A program made the position numbers and the translations under genes. The notes beneath the pieces were generated by a model that had not been told where the DNA came from, made no database searches, and worked only from the letters and a program-made list of their open reading frames with translations. A stretch of 26,664 bases of DNA from Candidatus Omnitrophota bacterium (GTDB lineage: Bacteria; Ratteibacteria; UBA8468; B48-G9; JAFGKM01), in NCBI GenBank assembly GCA_023818785.1, contig JAMWCO010000001.1, positions 1 through 26,664 of the forward strand, read 5' to 3'. Of this stretch, positions 25,307 to 26,664 are shown one piece after another; position 1 is the stretch's first letter, and every line of letters starts with the position of its first letter.

Positions 25307-26664
25307 TTATAAGGAGAGAATTTGGGTTTTTAGGTCTTCTGGGATATAGCCAAATTTGTCAATAAGGTCATTTATTAAGTTTTCTGCATCTTTTTTATTT
25401 CTAATTTTTGATATCTCTCTGTATATATAAAACTTTAATCCATCAGATTTTACATAATCATCAGAAACTTTTATCTTTACTTCTTTTAGTTCTTCTTCAA
25501 TTTTTTCTCCTTTAACCTCTTCCATTGCTTCTTTCCAGAATTGACAATAAAGATTAAATCCAACCATATCAATAAATCCATGTTGCTGTTTACCAAGTAT
25601 ATTCCCTGCTCCTCTTATTTCAAGGTCTTTTAAAGCAATCTTATAACCACTACCTGGATTATTAAATTCCTGAATCGCTTTTAATCTTTCTTTTGCTTTT
25701 TCACTTAATGGAATATGTTGTGGATATAAAAAGTAAGTATAGGCACGCCATTTCCCCCTTCCAACCCTTCCTCTTAATTGATATAAATCAGCAAGTCCAT
25801 ATTTTAAAGCATTATCAACTATTAAAGTATTTGCATTTGGTATATCAAGTCCATTTTCTACTATTGTAGTTGCAATTAAAACATCTATTTTCCCTTCAGA
25901 AAATCTTTCCATTACACTTGCTATCTCTTCTGGTTTCATTTTTCCATGTGCAAAATCAATTTTTGCAAAAGGAACAATCTTTTTAATTTTTTCTTTAACC
26001 TTATGAATATCAAAAATATAATTATGAAGATAAAATACCTGGCCATTTCTATCAAGTTCTTTTAAAATTGCCTCCCTTACAACACTCTCATCATATTTAC
26101 CCACATAAGTAATAACTGATAATCTTCCCTCTGGTGGTGTTTCTATCAAAGAAATATCCCTTAGCCCTCTTAATGCCATACTTAAAGTTCTTGGAATTGG
26201 TGTTGCTGTTAAAGTTAAAGTATCTATATTCCTAAAAATTGTTCTAATTTTTTCTTTCTGTAATACACCAAACCTTTGTTCTTCATCAATGATTAAAAGT
26301 CCTGGATTTTTAAATTCAACATCATCCTGTAAAAGTCGGTGTGTTCCTATAATTATATCAATATTACCATTTTTAAGTTTCTCAATTATTTCTTTTTCTC
26401 TTCTTTCAGAAATAAGTCTTGAAAGCATCTCAATATTAACAGGAAATTTTGAAAATCTTTCTTTAAATGTTAAATAATGTTGTAAAGCAAGAACTGTTGT
26501 TGGAACAAGAATAATTACCTGTTTCCCACTTAAAACTGCTTTAAATGCTGCTCTCATCGCTACTTCTGTTTTTCCATATCCAGAGTCACCACAGACAATT
26601 CTATCCATAATTTTTTCGCTCATCATATCCTTTTTAACCTCTTCTATTGCTTTTAACTGATCTG
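25307..26664 (-). CDS. mfd: Transcription-repair coupling factor, 3' part (5' part lies beyond the window)
   Basis: The frame is open to the right edge (DQLKAIEEVKKDM...). Motifs: MDRIVCGDSGYGKTEVA, LVPTTVLA.QH, GTHRLL, IDEEQRFGV, TATPIPRTL, TTIVENGLDIPNANT, QLRGRVGR and DLEIRGAGNILG. Confidence 0.97.
   Translation of the reverse strand, partial: DQLKAIEEVKKDMMSEKIMDRIVCGDSGYGKTEVAMRAAFKAVLSGKQVIILVPTTVLALQHYLTFKERFSKFPVNIEMLSRLISERREKEIIEKLKNGNIDIIIGTHRLLQDDVEFKNPGLLIIDEEQRFGVLQKEKIRTIFRNIDTLTLTATPIPRTLSMALRGLRDISLIETPPEGRLSVITYVGKYDESVVREAILKELDRNGQVFYLHNYIFDIHKVKEKIKKIVPFAKIDFAHGKMKPEEIASVMERFSEGKIDVLIATTIVENGLDIPNANTLIVDNALKYGLADLYQLRGRVGRGKWRAYTYFLYPQHIPLSEKAKERLKAIQEFNNPGSGYKIALKDLEIRGAGNILGKQQHGFIDMVGFNLYCQFWKEAMEEVKGEKIEEELKEVKIKVSDDYVKSDGLKFYIYREISKIRNKKDAENLINDLIDKFGYIPEDLKTQILSL

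Noticed and set aside
2717-26477. Short ORFs antisense to or nested in real genes (2717-2914, 3232-3501, 4873-5226, 8263-8454, 12189-12398, 14465-14647, 16278-16574, 17292-17474, 19414-19716, 19902-20225, 20607-20840, 21368-21673, 22969-23154, 24197-24388, 26289-26477)
   Set aside because: Their Phe/Ile/Ser/Leu-rich composition is typical of shadow frames of Lys/Glu-rich AT-biased genes. They have no motifs or SDs and are almost entirely overlapped by well-supported CDSs.
1-26664. Alternative genetic code or stop-codon recoding in this low-GC genome
   Set aside because: All conserved genes are full length under code 11, TGA terminates several genes at expected positions with ATGA overlaps, and Trp is encoded by TGG.

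Overview
A 26.7-kb, strongly AT-rich, gene-dense bacterial chromosomal segment made mostly of housekeeping genes. No CRISPR array, tRNA, rRNA, integrase or IS element is visible. All long genes read cleanly in genetic code 11, with TGA used as a stop. Left to right: (1) a minus-strand run of RseC-like membrane protein, URO-D/MtaA-like barrel protein, atypical EF-P paralog, SGNH hydrolase and LhgO-like FAD oxidoreductase (partial at the left edge); (2) a plus-strand pair, MFS transporter and beta-CASP RNase; (3) a 14-kb minus-strand run of zinc-ribbon protein, RNase HI, RNase P RNA (rnpB, type A), L-rhamnose-isomerase-like gene, a dcw cluster (mraZ-rsmH-ftsL-ftsI-murE-murF-mraY-murD-ftsW) that stops after ftsW, a decayed HAD phosphatase and an AlaC-like aminotransferase; (4) ribBA, an unknown aldo-keto-reductase-like gene and ribH; (5) minus-strand mfd (partial at the right edge, short C-terminal domain), a radical SAM protein and an HI0933/YhiN flavoprotein. 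The strongest leads are an EF-P paralog lacking both the modifiable Lys/Arg loop and the KGDT motif, an uncharacterised AKR-fold gene overlapped into the riboflavin operon, a zero-gap radical SAM + YhiN/RdsA-like flavoprotein pair (possible RNA-modification module), and an Mfd with a shortened autoinhibitory domain. All family calls come from motif recognition by eye; no database searches were run.
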